Shown: piece by piece, positions 59,988-62,513 of the stretch
Numbering within the stretch: position 1 is the stretch's first letter
Layout of the letters: each line of letters opens with the position of its first letter
From: Bacteroidota bacterium
Lineage (GTDB): Bacteria; Bacteroidota; Bacteroidia; CAILMK01
Assembly (NCBI GenBank): GCA_034440515.1
Contig: JAWXCF010000089.1
Coordinates: 1 to 62,513, forward strand
DNA length: 62,513 nucleotides
Direction of reading: 5' to 3'
Notes under the pieces: model-generated
Told to the model about the DNA's origin: nothing
Database searches by the model: none
Seen by the model: only the letters and a program-made list of their open reading frames with translations
Made by a program: the position numbers and the translations under genes

Positions 59988-60356
59988 TTAATTTTCTTTC
60001 GAGCCTTGTGCTATCCAGGCTTCTATTTGCTTTATTTGGCAGTCGGTCATATCGCCATTTGGGGGCATTTTTTGAAACCCATTTATCCCTTTTATTGAAC
60101 TAACTAGTCTGCCATCTCTAGCTGTTATTATTGCCTCGGAATAATTATGTAGACGAACATTTGCAATTGCTGATGAACTTCCGTGGCAACTCACACATTT
60201 GTTATTAAGTATGGTTTTTATTGTATTCTCATACGTTATGCTTGTAACTTCACAACCACCGGGTTTTATTTCATCGTATTTTTTATAGGTACAAGTGGCT
60301 AGTGAAACTACAGATACAGCTAAAACGATAATTCGAATTGATTTTACTATGTTCAT
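59988..60356 (-). CDS. Lipoprotein monoheme c-type cytochrome
   Basis: Lipobox-like SLATC; I..IL..KCVSCH; distal MPP; I..WI.QG..N. Confidence 0.85.
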   Translation of the reverse strand: MNIVKSIRIIVLAVSVVSLATCTYKKYDEIKPGGCEVTSITYENTIKTILNNKCVSCHGSSSAIANVRLHNYSEAIITARDGRLVSSIKGINGFQKMPPNGDMTDCQIKQIEAWIAQGSKEN

Positions 60357-60360
60357 TTTA

Positions 60361-60762
60361 TTAATTGTTTAATGCACCCTGTTGCACCCAAGCATATAAA
60401 GTAACCTTTTCGTCTATAGAAAGTTCTCCTTTTAACGGCATTTTGCCAAATCCTGTTCTGGTTATTCTATCAATTATTTCACTTTTGCTTGCATCTTTTG
60501 GCACTACTTCTGCAACTACCTGATTGTAAGTTAATAATTTTATTTTCTTGCTCTTTTCTTCGCCGTGACATCCTGAGAAAGTACACTTAGAATTAAGTAA
60601 AGGTACCACATCTGCTGCAAATGACATTTGCTTTGCCTCTTTAGAATATTGGTATAGAATGCTTTTTTGCGAGGTTTGCACTTTCTTACTATTGCAGGCA
60701 GTAGTTATAGATATGATTGCTATCACACCTACTGAGATGAATGATTTAAATACGTGGCTCAT
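60361..60762 (-). CDS. Lipoprotein c-type cytochrome with CX4CH motif (Planctomycete cytochrome c-like)
   Basis: Lipobox-like ITTAC; SF..DV.P.L..KCTFSGCH; V.P.D...S; MPL; WV.QGA.NN. Confidence 0.8.
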   Translation of the reverse strand: MSHVFKSFISVGVIAIISITTACNSKKVQTSQKSILYQYSKEAKQMSFAADVVPLLNSKCTFSGCHGEEKSKKIKLLTYNQVVAEVVPKDASKSEIIDRITRTGFGKMPLKGELSIDEKVTLYAWVQQGALNN

Positions 60763-60832
60763 AATACTTACGATGTTAAATTGTAATTGTATTCTCTTAG
60801 TTAAATTTATATGAATGCAAGTTACGGTTATT

Positions 60833-60846
60833 AATGTTTAAACATT
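60833..60846. promoter_or_regulatory. Perfect 14-bp palindrome, putative operator
   Basis: AATGTTTAAACATT, about 70 nt upstream of the cytochrome operon ATG and just upstream of a -7-like TAACTTGC (60817-60824, minus strand). Confidence 0.5.
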
Positions 60847-60866
60847 GAATTCCAGTAAATCATTGT

Positions 60867-62366
60867 TTAATATTGACGACTAAGAGACAAAGTTATCTCC
60901 CAAAGCTTCTCATAGGGAATAATCTCTAACCTATTTGCTGTACTGGTGTATTTAAGCTTGGTTTGGCTCATTTGTTCTAACAGTTTGCTAACCTGCAATT
61001 TACTTACGTCAAAATCGGTTTGTTGTAACTTTACCATCATACTGGTAAAACAGTAATTTCTTATATAGTCTTCGTCTTTCATATTTCTATAGTAGTATGA
61101 ACGCAAAGCTTGTGTACGACTTATTATTTCTGTGTAATTTCTATCTTGTAGTAGTATTAAAATTTGCAATATTAGTACGGCTAAGTTAGCTCCCTTTTTA
61201 TCACGGCTAAACAAGGGTATATCGTTTAGTATTCTACTTATTCTTAAGGTTTGGTTATTATCATTTAGTAGCTTTATAACTTCATTATTTTTCTTAAACT
61301 TAATCATAAACCACAGATAGCCACCAAATATATGCCATCTTTCTTGCTGATTTTTAAGCAATTGCCCACCTTTTACGTATCCCATTACTTCTATATATAC
61401 TAGGGCTGCTTGTTTTAAGTTTTCCTTATTTAGATGGGCTAAGAAATGAATTTCTTGAATACTAAACCAATTGTTGGTTTCTTTCTTAAACAATGGTAGT
61501 GTTACTTCTACTTCTTTTAGTGCTTCATCATATTTACCTAAGTGTAGGTTGCAACTTATTCGCGTAGCATATATGCTAGCCATTCTACTACTGGTATAAA
61601 ATACTTCATTATGCTGCAAGTATTCTTCAAACTCTTGACAACTGATTAATGCACTTTCATAGTCCCCAATCATTTGTAAGTATATGGATTGAAGCTCGTG
61701 TAGTAGAAACTGAATTCTAAAGGTGTTGTAGGTTTTTCTTATTTCTAACATTCTTATGATGGCATTTTCGCTATCACGTTTTAAGTCTGGACTTATAGCT
61801 GTAGATTTATTTAAATACAGCAGTATGCGATAGTGTAGTGTCTCACACTCTATTTCTTTTATAATTAAATCATTATAATATTCTATTTGGTTTGTAAAGT
61901 ATTCAAATTTTTTGATGTCCCCCTCCAACATATTTTGTCTTCGTAATATGATTGCACTTTGCACGACTATGTCAAATACCTCGTACTTCCTACTTTTTTT
62001 GTTTATAGAGGTTAGTATTTCAGTACCAGCAATCTTGGCACTTACACCAAATAGAAACCTGCCAATAGTTAGCTGCCTATACAGTTCAGCATAGTTTTGA
62101 TAATAGCCCAAATCTTTATCAGCCTTATATAAAAACAATATATTGTTATAGAGCTTACGCTTTAATCGAGAGCGAAGCATTCTAAAATTGATATCTCCCA
62201 ATTCAGATTTCTCTGTTTTTGTACTTTTATCAAACCCATTTTTTATTTGATTTGCAAACTCTTCTAATCGTCCTTTTTTTTTCTTTACATTGTATAAGTC
62301 CAACTTTGAAAAGTCATATAATTGATAGTCCTCAATAACTTTTAGCAACTCTTTGATGGTTTCCAT
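60867..62366 (-). CDS. Cytoplasmic all-helical / TPR-like hypothetical protein
   Basis: 499 aa, no signal peptide or TM; F.ML.SRLKRKL.N near the N-terminus; EIIPYE.LW at the C-terminus. Confidence 0.7.
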   Translation of the reverse strand: METIKELLKVIEDYQLYDFSKLDLYNVKKKKGRLEEFANQIKNGFDKSTKTEKSELGDINFRMLRSRLKRKLYNNILFLYKADKDLGYYQNYAELYRQLTIGRFLFGVSAKIAGTEILTSINKKSRKYEVFDIVVQSAIILRRQNMLEGDIKKFEYFTNQIEYYNDLIIKEIECETLHYRILLYLNKSTAISPDLKRDSENAIIRMLEIRKTYNTFRIQFLLHELQSIYLQMIGDYESALISCQEFEEYLQHNEVFYTSSRMASIYATRISCNLHLGKYDEALKEVEVTLPLFKKETNNWFSIQEIHFLAHLNKENLKQAALVYIEVMGYVKGGQLLKNQQERWHIFGGYLWFMIKFKKNNEVIKLLNDNNQTLRISRILNDIPLFSRDKKGANLAVLILQILILLQDRNYTEIISRTQALRSYYYRNMKDEDYIRNYCFTSMMVKLQQTDFDVSKLQVSKLLEQMSQTKLKYTSTANRLEIIPYEKLWEITLSLSRQY

Positions 62367-62513
62367 AAAAAAAAATATTTTTATTTTAGCTAATATTGTT
62401 ACAATTATAACGAATTAAGTTATTATAAAAATTTGTTTATCAATAATTTAGTAGTTATAATTGGAGTATAAGTACCTTTTTAGGTTGTTACAAATATGTT
62501 GAAAACGATACAT

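Noticed and set aside
1-62513. Other short ORFs in the supplied track that overlap long genes (for example 49234..49695, 51801..52208, 43080..43496, 57096..57548)
   Set aside because: They lie antisense to or within well-supported genes and have no recognisable motifs.

Overview
AT-rich bacterial chromosomal segment from a Bacteroidota genome, judged from TAnnTTTG -7 promoter boxes, T9SS C-terminal sorting domains, bat genes and the phoH-DUF62-ABM gene order. Most of it is housekeeping and envelope genes: ribH, tatC, rpiB, three FKBP PPIases, ndh, nrnA, argS, typA, MMPL, mtnA, crcB, an MsbA-like ABC transporter, phoH, xth and a nucleotidyltransferase. I found no rRNA, tRNA, CRISPR array, integrase or transposase by eye. 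The less ordinary parts are: (1) a decayed YhcG/DUF1016 pseudogene next to an orphan porin; (2) a complete TerY-P triad (vWA, PP2C, kinase) back-to-back with a truncated batABC; (3) an overlapping operon with a signal-peptide-bearing YidD-like protein and two TPR/membrane-hairpin paralogs; (4) two lipoprotein c-type cytochromes, one with CX4CH, plus a DUF5777-like beta-barrel, whose promoter shares a TGTTTAAACA palindrome with the yceI-doxX-marR promoter 20 kb away; (5) three sigma54-like (-24/-12) elements upstream of small envelope genes, including a secreted Cys/Lys-rich peptide. All family calls come from motif recognition by eye, not from database searches.
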